Below, piece after piece: positions 14,484 to 29,400 of a stretch of DNA of 64,000 nt (position 1 is the stretch's first letter; each line of letters starts with the position of its first letter). Position numbers and translations under genes: made by a program. Origin of the DNA: Zootoca vivipara. Lineage: Eukaryota. Location: contig NC_083277.1 in the NCBI RefSeq assembly GCF_963506605.1, positions 98,394,001-98,458,000 of the forward strand. Reading direction: 5' to 3'. A model generated the notes under the pieces. The model was not told the DNA's origin and ran no database searches. It was given only the letters and a program-made list of their open reading frames with translations.

Positions 14484-17400
14484 TGGCAGTAGGATAGTTT
14501 CTTTCCCTTCACATTGGCAGAAGCCATAGCATGCAAATAGTGCTTTCTGCAAAAGTCCAGCTTATAGGAGAAAAACGTTTCCCTCACCTCAGTGAAGAGG
14601 AAGATAAAGGTAATTGTTATTAGTTCCTGTTGAGATTTTGCAGGAGGGAGAAGTAGAAAGGTGCTGCCTGCACTTTTTGCCAAGGCCCAGCCGCAAACAC
14701 CCTTTCATGAGTTCTCCGCTCATGTCACAAGAAAGGGTGTCATCAAGGAGGATTGAGCTTGGCTAGTAAACCAAACAAAAATTCATGAACCACTGATCCA
14801 ATCAGATCTCTATCATCACAATTAAATTTATATACAGCTCTTCATTCAAGGATCGGAGGGCAGTTGACCAAAAAAACCACACAAAATACATAACATAATA
14901 ATAAAAAGTCCAATAACACACACCCATATTGAAAAGGCTACAGATAGTTTAACAGCAAAATGACTAGTTAAAGAGGAATGTTTTCACTTGGCACCCGTAG
15001 ACACTCCCTTACCTTAATTTAGAAAATTATATATTTACCCTGTTTCTCATATTTTAAGACATACCCATAAAATAAGCCATAGCAGGATTTTTAAGCATTC
15101 AAGGAATATAAGCCATACCCCGAAAATAAGACATAGTGATAGGTGCAGCAGCAATGCCGGCCGCAGCAGGAGAAGGAAGAAAAAAATAAGACATCCCTTG
15201 AAAATAAGCCATAGTGTGTTTTTTTGAGGAAAAAATAAATATAAGACATGTCTTATAATATGAGAAACACGGTATACAAATTTATTCTACTAGAAGGGAC
15301 GTGGGTGGCACTGTGGTCTAAACCACAGAGCCTAGGGCTTGCCGATCAGAAGGTCGGCAGTTCAAATCCCTGCGACGGGGTGAGCACCTGTTGCTTGGTC
15401 CCTGCTCCTGTCAACCTAGCAGTTCAAAAGCATGTCAAAGTGCAAGTAGATAAATAGGTACCGCTACAGCGGGAAGGTAAATGGTGTTTCCTTGCGGTGC
15501 TCTGGTTTCGCCAGAAGCGGCTTAGTCATGTTGGCCACATGACCCAGAAGCTGTCTGTGGACAAAGGCTGGCTCCCTTGGCCAGTAAAGCGAGATGAGTG
15601 CCGCAACCCCAGAGTCGTCCACAACTGGACTTAACAGTCAGGGGTCCCTTTACCTTTACTAGAAATTTCCATTCCGTTGTGAAGTTGTAGTTTCCCCTTA
15701 ACAATCATCTGAACCACACTACTCAACTTCATCTTGCAGCTATGAGACCCAGCGGCTAGTGCCACCTAGTGACTTAATACGACCTTACAGCTTCAAAAAT
15801 TTCCAGTCCACCATAAGCTGCTATACTGTAGTTCAATAGCGGCTGGTGCAGCAAGGCAAAGCATTAGAGCTCCCTGCCACCTTTTTGTCTGTGGGCATCC
15901 AGAAGGCACTGGGGCCAAACACTGCACCACAATAAGGCTGAGGATATGGGGGTGGCCCTGCAAGGCTAAGGGTGTGTGTGTGTCAATTAGCATTGCTCCC
16001 CAAGGCTGCAAAATGAACCCCACTTATCTGGGAGTTAAGTCCCATTGAATTCAACAGGACTTCTGAGTAAACATGGTTAGGATTGCACTCTAAATCCCAT
16101 CAATTTCAATTGTACTTCCTGCAATATTCATAAGATCAGAGCCTCTTTCAATTACCCTTTTCTGCCATCTAGAGCTCTGTTGAGATGCGGAAAAGAAGAG
16201 GTTGTTGCTGCCCCCTTGCCCCAGTCAATCTGTCTAGTCCACAGCAGTCGCAGCCATATTTGCAAGGAATCTGTTTGTTGTTTGCTCTGGCAGTAGCTTC
16301 TCTCAAGGTGGCCAAAGCAAACAATAAATGGGTTCTTTGCAGAGACGGCTACAAATGCTGTGGGCAAGACAGGTTCTCCATGGGGTATGAAGCAGTGCCT
16401 CCCCCCCGCCCAAGATACAGTGAGTCATAATCCCATGCACAATTACATAGAAATAGACCCCACTGAGCTCAGTGAGAACTTATTTGCATATATAAATGCA
16501 CAGTATCAGGACTATAAAGTCACAAAGCTGACACATGTGCCATTTGTGGAGAGGCGTCATCACCACAAAATAGCTGCATGCTTTAAAGTTGACAGTTTTA
16601 CTCCAGTGTTAGCAAGTGCTAAGGACTATTTTGTTTCCCAGGCAACTTTCCAAATGGAGCAAACAAAGACATTTTACAGTGGAGTATCTGTTACCTGTGG
16701 AGGTTCATAAATGGCAGCAACCTCAGCTCGGATACCTAGAGGGATGTCCTTGTGCTCTGTATACTTCCCGTATAAGTACCCAAAATGCTGGTTTCCTGTT
16801 TTTCTCCAGAAGTCCAAGAAACGATCTGCAATTGTATGGTTCTCAAACATGATGTTATCCACATGCCTGTATTTCTGCCATTTGAAAAGCATAATAATGT
16901 ATCAAGCAAAGCCCTTTGATAAGGATCAATGATGTTCAACACAGTCATCCAGGATACATAAGATTTGAGCTTGCTATATTCTAATTCAATTCTGTCTTAC
17001 AGACTGACACCTCTTGATTCTCAACAGACTTGCCTAGGCTGTATCAGTGAGGAAAACAGTGGATAGAATTATTTGCCTCTACTATTCTACCACTTTTTCA
17101 AAACAAAAAACAAAAAAAACCCACCACCACAATAGTTCTCGCATGGCAAATCAGCAATCTAGTTCAGCTGTTAATGCTCAACCATGGTTTAGTGCTATAC
17201 ACGAGCCTTAGACCAGGGGTCACCAACCTAAGGCCCATGGGCCGGAAGCGGCCCGTGGAGGTCGTTTGACCAGCCCACAAGCCGCCCCCTGAATCGAGCT
17301 GCCTGCTCGTGTGCTGCGCTAAACCGGCACAGCGCAGAAATTGAGTCTGCGCATGTGCAGACGCCGAAAATCACTGGCGCGCACGCGATCCAGCCCACAG

Positions 17401-20400
17401 AGGGATCTCCGTGGGACTGATCTGGCCCAGGCAAGATAAACCTTGCTGACCCCTGCTTTAGACTCACATATTATAATTGTCTTCCTTCTCCGATGGAGCC
17501 ATGAGAAACAAGATAGAAGCTTTCATTTATATTTTCAGTTCCCCATGGATGACTGTGATAGTCAAAGCTAAAACCGTGGTTAGCATTAACTACAGTTTAC
17601 AGAAACAAGCCAGGGTCATTAACCTTGGTTAAGTTGGCTTGTTCTCCCAAATCAACTAACCAGTATGCCTGGCTTGGGACATAATGAATCAGTTAGTTGA
17701 AAATGGAAGCAAAAGCTTCCAAACTCCCTTGCTGTGGCTGACCCAGAGGAGCAGGAAGCAAAACTCATAAGCCTGAGGTTCCTTCACGTTAAATCTAAAT
17801 CACAGTTGAGAATTATGACTGAACAGAGCCAGTATACATTACAGGAATTCAAAGAAAATAGATCTCTTTTCACCAACCCCTTACTCCATTCTTACAAGTC
17901 CACAGCTTTTTGTGATCGTATTAAGAAATCTGAGCAGGTGGTTCTCAAATCCACTAAAGGGTCCTTTCCTATCTCATGTCAAGAACACGAGTCCTCCAGT
18001 TACAAGGAATAAGAACATGTCCCTGTCACATAGCTGCCAAGTTTTCCCTTTTCTCGCGAGGAAGCCTATTCAGCATAAGGGAAAATCCCTTAAAAAAAGG
18101 GATAACTTGGCAGCTATGCCCTGTCACCCTGTACAAAAGCTAACCAACCATGTTTACACCAAGGGAAAAACACACCCAAATCTAAGCTGGACATTAATTT
18201 CCAAAAAGAAAAACAGCAGACATAAGAAATGCCTCTGCTGTTCTGATCTTACCTGCCTGTTGAGTGTGATGGCACTTGGCTGGCACTTAGTGCAAATGCC
18301 TTCTGGCCACGGGGGATGGCCCTCACACCCAGATTTAATCTTGCAGCTAATGTTTTCAAGGGCAACAAACTTCCCCCTAAACAGGGGAAAAAGGACATAC
18401 TTACCACCCAAGTATTTATAAAAACTCAGCAACACATGGACTAAAGTCTGTGTGTAAAAGATCAACATCAGCTAGAGCATCTACAGGTTGCTTTCATTGT
18501 GATGGAAAGACAAGATGCTTAGCAAGCAATTGATGTTTCACACCTCTTTTGCACATGTACAGAGTCCTTGCAGTGTTCTTGCAGTGTTTATGAGATCATA
18601 ATTCATTGACTTAAATAAATGCAACCTCCCTTCACAAAACTATGCCAATGACATCAATCTGTTTTCCTGGTTTAGGAAAATATCTGCTGATCAAGGGAGG
18701 AAAATAACTACGAAGTTCTCAATCTTTCCTCCCCTCTGCAAAACTGTTTTGAAAATTACCTTTTTGTCACTGCTTGAAGTGAATTAAGTTTTCCCGGCTA
18801 TCAATAATCTTAAGGATTTTCACATTCTGTTTTATCATCTATAAATAGTTTTCTCTGAAGAAAAGGTGCAAGTTTCTTACTTGTCTGCGCCTCCGGTCAG
18901 TTTCCTGATGTAGGCATGGAATGACATATGCTTCACAGGGGGTTCCAGATGGTTTAAATAATCCTCATCAAAAGGCTGCCAAAAAAAAACAAAACCACAA
19001 ATGCATAAAGGAAAACCAGGTCAGACACCTACTTGATAACACATTGATCACTGAACAAATGGATGTTTTTGTCTGAATCCTTTGCTAGCATTCAATGTGG
19101 AAACAATCAGAAAGCTTTGTGCTTCTTTTCCACAGCTGTTACTAGCCTGACAATAATGGTGGAGGCCTTTCTCCAGACAGTAGAAGTGTTAGGCCCACTC
19201 AAAATGTCTTCAGAAACCCAACTTGTCTCATGGGTAGAATAGTCTTCTTTTTAACTGGCAGAGCTAAAGGCTAACTGATCAAGCATGCCTGGAGAACTCT
19301 GGCACAGGTGAATGTGTCCCCGTTTGTCTCTATCAGAACATCGCTACACAACTGAGAAAGGAAATAATAATCAGAACTGTTTCAGAATACAAGAGTACAG
19401 CACAAGTTGTTCTGAGGTACACCTCTGCAAACGAATGGAAAATTCATAATGCCATGAAAGCAGAGAATGTACAAACTGCACACCAATTTGGTGAGGGCAG
19501 GGGGAGAGAGAGCTTTGCTTGAGCATTTAGTGATATAACCTGCTTAATCCACTACTGCAGAAAAACAGATGTCAAAAGCCTGATAAATGCAGGTACTGCC
19601 CAGACAGATATATCCAAGGGACTTGTTTAGCCTCTTTGGCCATTATCAGCACAGACAGGACACATTAATGTTTCAGCAACGTCCTCTCAATTGCTGCCAT
19701 TAAAGCAACTATATTGAGAGGGGGGGGATGGACATTTTAACAAGTAAAATATTACCATAGCAGCTATAGTTTATCTCCTTACCTCTAATGGTACACAGTG
19801 CACACATTTGCCCAGCGGGCCATGTCGACATCTGTGTAAAGAGAAACAAAAGTCAACAACCATGTTCCCTAGCAGCCGAAAAGCACTCTGAAGTTTTCAT
19901 ACATTTTTTAGACTTAACAAATTTAATAGAAGTAACTGGAAAAACCAGCAGCAAGTCTGCTTTAAAAATAATCATAATGGTCAGACATTAACATATCAGA
20001 GAAGCCTACATCTGCTAATTAAAATACTGTATCATCTAGCTTTGATTTTCACCACCAGGTATCAGAAACTAATTATGTGGAGCACTGAATTAAGACACCA
20101 TAGTTTTTTTGCAATACACAGATTGGCTATTTTTGTAGGACAGGTGCAGTGTATACCAGCTGATAAAGGATAATAAGAAACACTAGGCAGTGCATCCTCA
20201 TTCAATGAAATAAAGCTCTAAGAATCACTTTCTTGGCTCACTGTTGGTTTCTTCCTTAATAAATGTTAGTCTGTCACTATTGCTAGCAACAACATAATAC
20301 ATTCTCCAGGAATATATGTAGGAAAAGTTAGGCATAGCCTCTTAACAAAAGAGCAGAGAATTTTGCCTTTGAAGGTTTTATGAGCACAATTTTTATCACT

Positions 20401-23400
20401 GAACTGCTGTTAAAAATGTCTAGACAAAAGTTCACTATTCAAGGGCTTCCACTTTTTGATCTTCACCAAAGCAATGATTCACATGTACGGAAGGTCATAT
20501 AAAGGGGCAAAACGGAGCTATTAGATTTTAAATTGAACCATGCCATTTTTAAATTTTAAGTCCAACTCTTTTGCGAGTTACTACCAATAGAATGATCGTT
20601 ACAGGGAACAAGTGGCCAACAGGTAGTCACAATGTCCCTTCCCAGTCACAGGTCAAACCACAGGACATCTTCAATATTCCTCCTGAGAGCTGAGTGTTTC
20701 AAGCTTCTTTAAAGCTTCCATAAAGGAAATACATGGCAACTCTAAGCTGGAGTCTCAACATAATTGACGAAACCTTTTGACATTTCTGTAGGTATGTGGC
20801 TATTTCAACTCAAAGAAAAAGAGGCAGCATAAAGACAAAGACATAAAACCAGGCAGAGACTCTAGAATCATGACGCCTGTGCACTGGGTTCCATTTTCAC
20901 AGCTTCTTTGAAACAACAACTAAATATACACACAGCCTTTCTGTAATGCGAGTTTTCTTGTTTTTCGTATTTATAGGAACATCAACATTTGAACCAACTT
21001 CAAATGAGTGTGACGGCAACTAGCAAGGATAGTCATCTCATTGTACTCCAAAACACTAACGCTTTTAGTGCAAGAGTAATTGGCTGTCACAGCACCATGC
21101 GCATTACCTTACAGATGATTTACTTTTTAATGGGGTGGGACGGGGGTCGTCCATTAACAAACTACATGATATAACTTTTGCAAATTCTGTATCTACTGGG
21201 TAACAGTATGTATTGAAACAGCTCAGGGCCACAATACCTGAAGGACCACCCCTCCCCAGATAAAATTGTCCTGGACTCTGCGTTCATCATCCGAGGCCCT
21301 TCTTCATGTGCCTCCTCCATGTGAGTCCGGAGGGTGGCAACACGAGAACGGGCCTTCTCTGTAGTGGCTCCCCGTCTGTGGAATGCTCTCCCCAGGGAGG
21401 TTCACCTAGTGACTTCGTTATATATTTTGAGGTGCCAGGCGACAGTGTTCCTCTTCAACTAGGCCTTTGGATGATTAATATTCTATAGCCTTTTAAATGC
21501 AGTTGTGGGAAGGGGGGTTATTGTTTTGCTGTTTTGTTTTACTTATTTGCTTGTTTTTATCCTGTATTTTATTCTGTGAACCGCCCTGAGATCTTATGAT
21601 GAAGGGCGGTATATCAATCTAATAAATAAAATAAATATTACTGAGTCAAGTCATACAACCACTGTGGTATAAACTACTAATTTACAGCTTGGACAGCACA
21701 GAGACAGAACTGGTAGATTTTTCATAAGGGTTCTCGAACTGCAAGGCTGGCTTTCTTAAGGATGTCCCTACCACTATCTGAGCTAGATATCACTGCAGCA
21801 ATCCTCATCTTTAAAAAAAACAAAACATTCCCCAAGTTCTGTCTCCTGACAAAGAACCTTGAAATAGATCCACATAGCCCCTTCCCGAACCCCCTTTCAT
21901 ATGTGGCCTGCTTGCCAGCAGTCTGAAAAAGTGAGTGCTGCAAGGTGAATCACATGGATTGGCATTAATTAGGTTTGGGAAAGCTTATAACAGTAAATGT
22001 CCCCCTGTAATATTATGGAACTTTGAGAACTGCTCTATAAAGTCCAGAGAGAAAGTGCAATGGTATTTACTGTTGCTGATCTTTGTTCCTGTAAATCTTC
22101 CCATCTTGTTTTATTAGGTACTGGTCAATTTCATCTTCTACCACCTGGGGAACACCTAGAGGGCGAACTCCTTGAGACATTGATGATGTATCCATGTTCT
22201 CAGAGGAAGAGCCAGCTGGACTCGAGGGAAAGAGAAACAGCATATCCCCATGCCTATAGTTGGAGACAAAAATGTGACAAAACCGTTACCAAATGAACAC
22301 CACTTTCATAATTAGGTACCACACCACCCCAGTGCCACAGTGTCTAATTCACAAGCACTTACATGAACCTTACACATTCGCCATATTGGCTCCAAGGGCT
22401 GCATTTGGTGGGAAATGATGGGCCACATATACAGAAGCCAGACACTCACATGGGCAGATGGGAGGGAGGCATGCAGTGGATTTCAGTGATCCCATCATGT
22501 ATCTGCTTAGGCTCCCTACCTTTTGGGTGCTGGCAATCACAATGTACAGAAGGCAAAGGAACACAGGTAGAATTACTCCCATGGACCTTCTTCCCCATAT
22601 TTGCAGACAGACAGGAATGCAGCTGGGGTGAACTAGGTGCGGGGAGGCTGGGTAACTCATAGCAGGGTGTGGAATCCTTTTCACACACTGGCAAAGCAGG
22701 GTTTTCTTGGGGGAAAGTGGGCAGGACCAAATCACATATACATTCCATTCTTCTAGCACGCATGTGCACACACACACTATTCACTATCATTTCTTAGCTT
22801 GGCTTTCTTACTGAGCTTTGAGAAAGGGGCTCAGCAAAAGGCTCTGTGCACAGCAACAAACCAAACGGGCCTTACAGGAAGCTATTTTTTTCCTGCGTGG
22901 CCACTCATCATGGAACAGGACTGGTGGGGTAAAGCCTAGGTGTAAGAGGGTTTGGCTTACGTGAAAACAGGAGCCCAGATTCAGATGCCTGGGGGACCAC
23001 CTGCCTGTTCTACAGTCTTAACATTATCACTATACATTATGGGTTGGATCTAGACGAGTGTCCCTTCTGCAAAGGGAAGGGCTTTTTCTGTTCCAGAAGG
23101 AATACGGTCTTATGAAGGCTCCTACTGGAGGAAGAAGGGAGACATTTTTTACCCATTCCCATCCCCTTGTAGTCCCCTGTAGGAGGGTCCTTCTAACCCA
23201 GGCATCCCCAAACTGCGGCCCTCCAGATGTTTTGGCCTACAACTCCCATGATCCCTAGCTAACAGGACCAGTGGTCAGGGATGATGGGAATTGTAGTCCA
23301 AAACATCTGGAGGGCTGAAGTTTGGGGATGCCTGTTCTAACCCTTCAGAGCAACTTTTCGGGGGGCATAGGGGGCTGAAGGGGGGGTGGAATGCTCCTAC

Positions 23401-26400
23401 CTTTCCTCAAGCAGGAGCTCCGAATCCCGCCTAAATCCATATCAGTTACAGAGCATTAATGTGCATGCTAACTTGGAAGTTAAATCTAGTTGTGTTAAAG
23501 TACCTGTGCAGAGGCCTGCAATCTTAAAGAATCTCTGGTTCTCTGCATCATTTCTTTCTAATTCACGGCAATCAATGATGCTCCTTTTTTAAATACACGG
23601 TTTTCGGTGATGCAGTTTCCTCAAGATGAGCCAACAGAGTGCAATCACTCAACTTCTGTCCTGTGCTACATTTTAAAGATGTTTCCATCTCTCCTCCTCA
23701 ATCAGGGATGGAACAACTGAGAAGCCATGGAAAACATAAAAGCTTTTCCAGATTCTAGTTCTAAACAGCACATTCCCTTCTATCGTTATTGATAGGCTAC
23801 CAAAAACAGCAGACAGGGGGAAGGCTATTCGCCAGGGTAGGGGCAGCACATCTCATCTTGCTGCCTGAGGCAAAACGGGAAGTGTCATCTTTGCCCTGCC
23901 CTTCTGCTGCCAACACCATACCTACTGCTGCTAGTGCTGCTTCTCTGCCTGCCCTGCCACCTTCACTGCTGGCAGATAAACAGCGCCAATTTCAGGCAAG
24001 ATCTTGCTGAAATCTTGCACGCTCAACAAGATCTCGCACAATTTCAGCTGCTACCAGTGTCTCTTCTGTTCCAGTGTCTCTTCTGCCTTGTGGGCTTCTG
24101 CCACCTAAGGCAGTTGCCTCAGTCTGCCCAATAGCTGAGCCGGCTCTGTGCCAGGGTTCTGGAAAGAACCTTGCTACACCAAGCCTAACTTTTCTTCTCC
24201 TAACAGAAACATCCAAGCTTAGCAGACTCAGACCACAACTTTTAAGAACTGGAGAAGGAGTGTTCTATTTAGATAAAATTACTTTATTTAAAATAATAAA
24301 AAATAAGAACCTACATGTACTTGGAAAGCGCTACTATCCAGAATATATCAACTGTTTTTGAGCAAGTGAACTAATGTGCTTGGGTTAGTGGAGCAAGGTA
24401 TTGGCAGCAATATCTCTGTGAGAGTCTGGGAGAATCTCTGGATCAAGTTTGGAAATTCATTTTAATGTCAAAATTGACGCATTTTCTGAGATTTGATGAG
24501 ATGGGTTAAAGACAAAATTAATTTACTGCAAACACTTTCTTTGAATGCAGTCGAAATTACTCCTGCCTCTAAGGTAATAGTAGTTTGGAATTCCTTTAAT
24601 GACACTGAAATTACTTTATTAATTACTTTTCTGGGTTTATTTTTAATTCTTTATTCTATTAACTGTAATGAAGACAGTTACAGTCAGGAAGTCCGAGATG
24701 CTACAATAGGATTGTTTTATTACTAAAAACAATGTTTTCTGGTGTTCTGCTTTTATCTGTAAAATGGTTTACCTACTTGACAATATCATTCCAGGATGAT
24801 GGTAAAATATTACTGCTGTTGCTGCTTCTACTACATTCTAAACAAAAAATGGGTAAGCACAGATTTCCAATGGGCTCATTATTCAACCCATGTAAACCTG
24901 AATGCATGAGGCGTCAGACTGGATGTAATGTTAAGTGAAAAAACATGAAGACTGCATGCCATACTCTGCAAACCACCAGGATTAGCTAGGAAACTTATTG
25001 CTAAGCCACAAATTAGCCAACAAGCAGGAGGCTTATCCATTAGAGTTCATGCAATTAAAGAAAACATAGGTGCATCTGGCTGCTGTTCAGCTGCTTTTTC
25101 GTTCCAAAGCAAAAGGCAATTAAAAAAGAAAAAGAAAACTAACAGAGGAGCTAATTAGTCACCTGCCCTTAAATAGAACATCCATCCAAGGGAAATGGAA
25201 CAGCTTCCTCCCTGCTGGCTTTTTACAAACAAGTGAGAACTGACTTGTTTTGCTGAGAATTAGCTACTGCTCTACCCCATTTTAATTTTATCAGAATAAT
25301 AATTATTACTATTTTAATTGTTTATCAGAATAATAATTATTACTATTTTAATTGTTGTCAATTGCTAACGTGACTGGCAACAACATGTGTGTACCTTTTA
25401 GATCTGGAAGAGGGCAAAACGGGGCAGGGCCTATGCATGCTCCGCCAACACACACAGGGGCCAGGAATGGGACCCCCGCATCTGTATGCAAATTTATAGA
25501 TCCAATAAATCCAGCATTGCCATTAGAGGGCAAGCAACATACCTTCCAAATTTGGTTCTTATGATATCGAGCATATAGTACTCTAAAATCCTTTCTTTTA
25601 AAAAACTAGTACAGTGGTACCTTGGTTTTCGAACGTAATCCATTCCAGAAGACCGTTCGAGTTCTGAAATGTTCAAAAACTGAAAACACAATATGGAAAA
25701 CTAAATATGGAAGCCATGTGGCATGTTCCACTTCCAAGGTAAGTTCAAAAACCGAAGTATTTGCTTCTGAGTTTACGGCGTTCGAAAACCGAAATGTTCA
25801 TCAATGGAGACCTTCGAAAATCAAGGTACCACTGTATCATGAAATTAGGTGCCCAAGGAAAATTTGTGCAGCAGAAGCAGCCCAGCCCTCCCATCTCCTT
25901 TCTAGACCAAGCGCATGTAAACAAAGAAAGAAATGGATTAAAACAATATTTGGGGTCAAAAAAAGAATTAATGCACTGTAACATATTAGAATAGGCTACT
26001 AAGTAGTACCTCATAATCCTTTTAAAATCTCGATTCAAGAGATCTGCTTCATCTAAACCCATAGACATAGATAAGACAGATGACACCACATAGGGAATAC
26101 TAGAGTGGGTATTTTTGTTCAGTTGTCAAGACAGGCACTGTCAAGAAATCTGACCAGCCTTGCCCAAACAGAAACAGAGCCTACTATAGTCCAACAGTTG
26201 CTCCATGTCTTTTGCAAAGTACTTACTTGATTTTTAATAAGTTGAGGGACTTATTGGGAGATGATGTGATCTCACCAGTCCTGTTTCTATTGATGTACAC
26301 AGAAAATCCATTATTTCTAAAGCCAAATTCTTTTGCAACCTAGAAAAAAAGGGAATAGAATGTCTACAGCAGAAATTTCATACAGTTACTGTATGTTTAT

Positions 26401-29400
26401 CCCTACAACACAAGTCTCAGATGTTATCTCCACATGGAGTTCATGACACAAAAGTGGAAGCAGAAATATCTGAAATGCACACTCAAAGAATCCACAATAC
26501 ATATTATGTAGACATTGTATGGGTGGAAATTTCAAATTAAGCTACACTTGTCAGCAATTAATGTTGACGTCAATGCTGAAACAGGGTTAGGCCCATTTCA
26601 GGGAATAATTTTCACTCCGGAAAACAGGGAGCAGGCAAGCCCAATTGGTGAACTCCCAATTGTTTAAACCTGGTTAAGGAAATTTCTAAATGCAAGTGGA
26701 ATACAGATTAGAAGAGGAAAATGTCACCAAGATCTTTCAACTCTTCCTTTTTTTTTTTTTTTTTTTTTTTAATTTTTTTTTTTTTAGTTTAAAATACTTT
26801 ATTAAATATTACACATATTAACAATAAAATCCAAATAATTCAACACAACATAACATAACATGAATCAACACAAATAAATACATTAATACAAACATAAATC
26901 AGAATTGTACAAAAAAAAAAAAAAACCAAAGCTTATTAGAAACTTATTAAGAAAGGAAGAGGAAAAGAAAAAAAAAAAAAAAAAAAAAATTTAGGAAAAA
27001 AAAAAATGAAAAAAAAAAGAAAAAAAAAAAGAAAAAGGAAAATACAAAAAGTTAACTTCCCAGCATTTACATATCGGTTTCCTATTATACTGAACGTTAC
27101 TATGCTTTCCTTTATAAAACACATCATTTACATTTATCTCATTTTCTTCACCCATTCTTACAATTCCCATAACCTTGTGTGAATTTATTCAAAGCAAATT
27201 ACCCATCTAGCACTAATACCTTCAGCTCTCAAGTAATCCTCTACGTACTTCCATTCTTTTATCCATTTCTGTTTGGGGACTTTCCTAATTATCGCGGTTA
27301 ATTTAGCTAAATTCATAAATTCCACTAATTTAATGCGCCAATCCTGAATAGTCGGTACTTTCTCTCCCTTCCAATTTTGTGCTATTAATAATCTGGCCGC
27401 GGCACAGGCGTAAAGCAAGATGTTCTTTCTATCTGCAGGCACATCCTCCGGGATCAGGCTTAACAATAAGATCTCGGGTTTTTTCTCTAATGTCCATTTT
27501 AATATTTTTTTAACATTCTCATAAACTTCTGTCCAAAATTTATTTATTTTTTTACAACCCCACCAACAGTGGAAATAATCCCCTTTAATTTCCTTGCACT
27601 TCCAGCATTTATCGGCATCGTTTTTATATATTTTTGCTAACTTTCCAGGTGTTAGATGCCACCTATAGATTATTTTCCAGATGTTTTCCCTGATTCCCAT
27701 GCAGGCTGTGAAGTTAATGTCAATTCTCCATAGCCTTTCCCACTGTTCACTATATATTGTTCTTCCCACATCCTGTGCCCATTTAATCATCACATGCTTC
27801 ACCGCCTCGTCCTTCATCTCCCATTCTAATAAAAATTTATATATTCTTGCCAATGGTTTTTTTGGGTTATCAATTAATAGATCTTGTAACTTTGATTTGT
27901 TCTCCAAAAAACCTATCATTTTATGTTTATTAAATGCACTTTGTACTTGACAATATTGAAACCAACTTTGACAGAAGCACTCAACCTGTTGATATGATTT
28001 TAATCTATATTCACCATCTACTTTTTCCACAAGATCTTTATACGTCTGCCACTTCCCTCCCTTCGGATTACTATCCATTGCCACCATTTCGAAAGGTGAT
28101 GCCCACCATGGGGTTTTGGGTTCTAATAGATTCTTATATTCTTCCCATATATATAATAGTGATTTTTTAATTATATGATTTGTAAATAGATTATAATCCC
28201 CCTTTCTTTCTTTCAACAGGTATGCATGCCATCCTCCACAATTCCTGAATCCTTCTAGTCTCAATAAATCTCTGTCTTCTAGAGTGAACCATTCTTTCAT
28301 CCAACATAAGCAGGCTGCCGCATGATACAGCTTTAAATCAGGGACCCCCCACCCTCCTCTCTCTTTAGCATCCGTCAACAATCTAAACTGAACCCTCGCT
28401 TTCTTTTTTTGCCAAATAAACTTACTAAGGTCTTTTTTCCACCTCTCAAACGTCTCTTTTTTAATTTTTATGGGCAACATTTGAAATAGAAAAAGCATTT
28501 TAGGCAAGACCATCATTTTAATCGCCGAAATTCTACTTGCTAACGTCAAATTAAGCCCGGTCCACCTTTCCAAATCTTCTCTAATTTTGATCCATATTTT
28601 GGCATAATTATCCTTGAATAAATTTATATTATTTGGTGTTAATATTACCCCTAGATATTTTATTTTATTCGTCACTTCCCAATCCTTTATTTGGCTTAAA
28701 TCCTCTATATCTGTCCTCCTCATATTTTTTGTCATTATTTTAGTTTTCCCTCCATTTGTTTTAAATCCTGCCAATTCCCCATACACCGCCAATTTCTTAT
28801 CCAAATTTTTTATTGTCTCTATCGGATCTTCCATCATAACTACCAAATCGTCAGCAAAAGCTCTGATTTTATACTCGCTTCCTCCCACTCTAATCCCTTT
28901 AAATTCTTTATCCTCCCTGATATCTCGAATCATGAATTCTAGAGACCAAATAAACAATAATGGGGACAGCGGGCATCCTTGACGCGTCCCTTTAGTTACC
29001 TCAAATTCTTCAGTTATCCTTCCATTGATTATTAGCCTTGCCACCTGTTTATTATAAATTGCATTAATTCCCTTCATGAATTTATTCCCTACCCCTAATT
29101 TTTCCAAAGCCTCTTTCATAAATTCCCAATTTAGGTTATCGAATGCTTTCTCAGCATCTAAAAATATAAATGCTATCTTTTTACCTGGGTTCCAGTCGGC
29201 ATACTCTAATAAATCCAAAACAATTCTTATATTACTATTCATTTTCCTTTTAGGTAAGAATCCCTGCTGTTCACCTCCTATTACTCTATTTAGTATCCCT
29301 TTGATTCTGCTTGCCAGTATCTCTGCGAATATTTTATAGTCAATATTCAACAGGGAAATCGGTCTGAAATTCCCCATCTCTTCTTTCCCGCCTTTTTCTT

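Noticed and set aside
25281-25357. ~35-bp tandem AT-rich direct repeat, superficially array-like
   Set aside because: Only two units with no spacers; a simple slippage duplication in a vertebrate intron, not CRISPR
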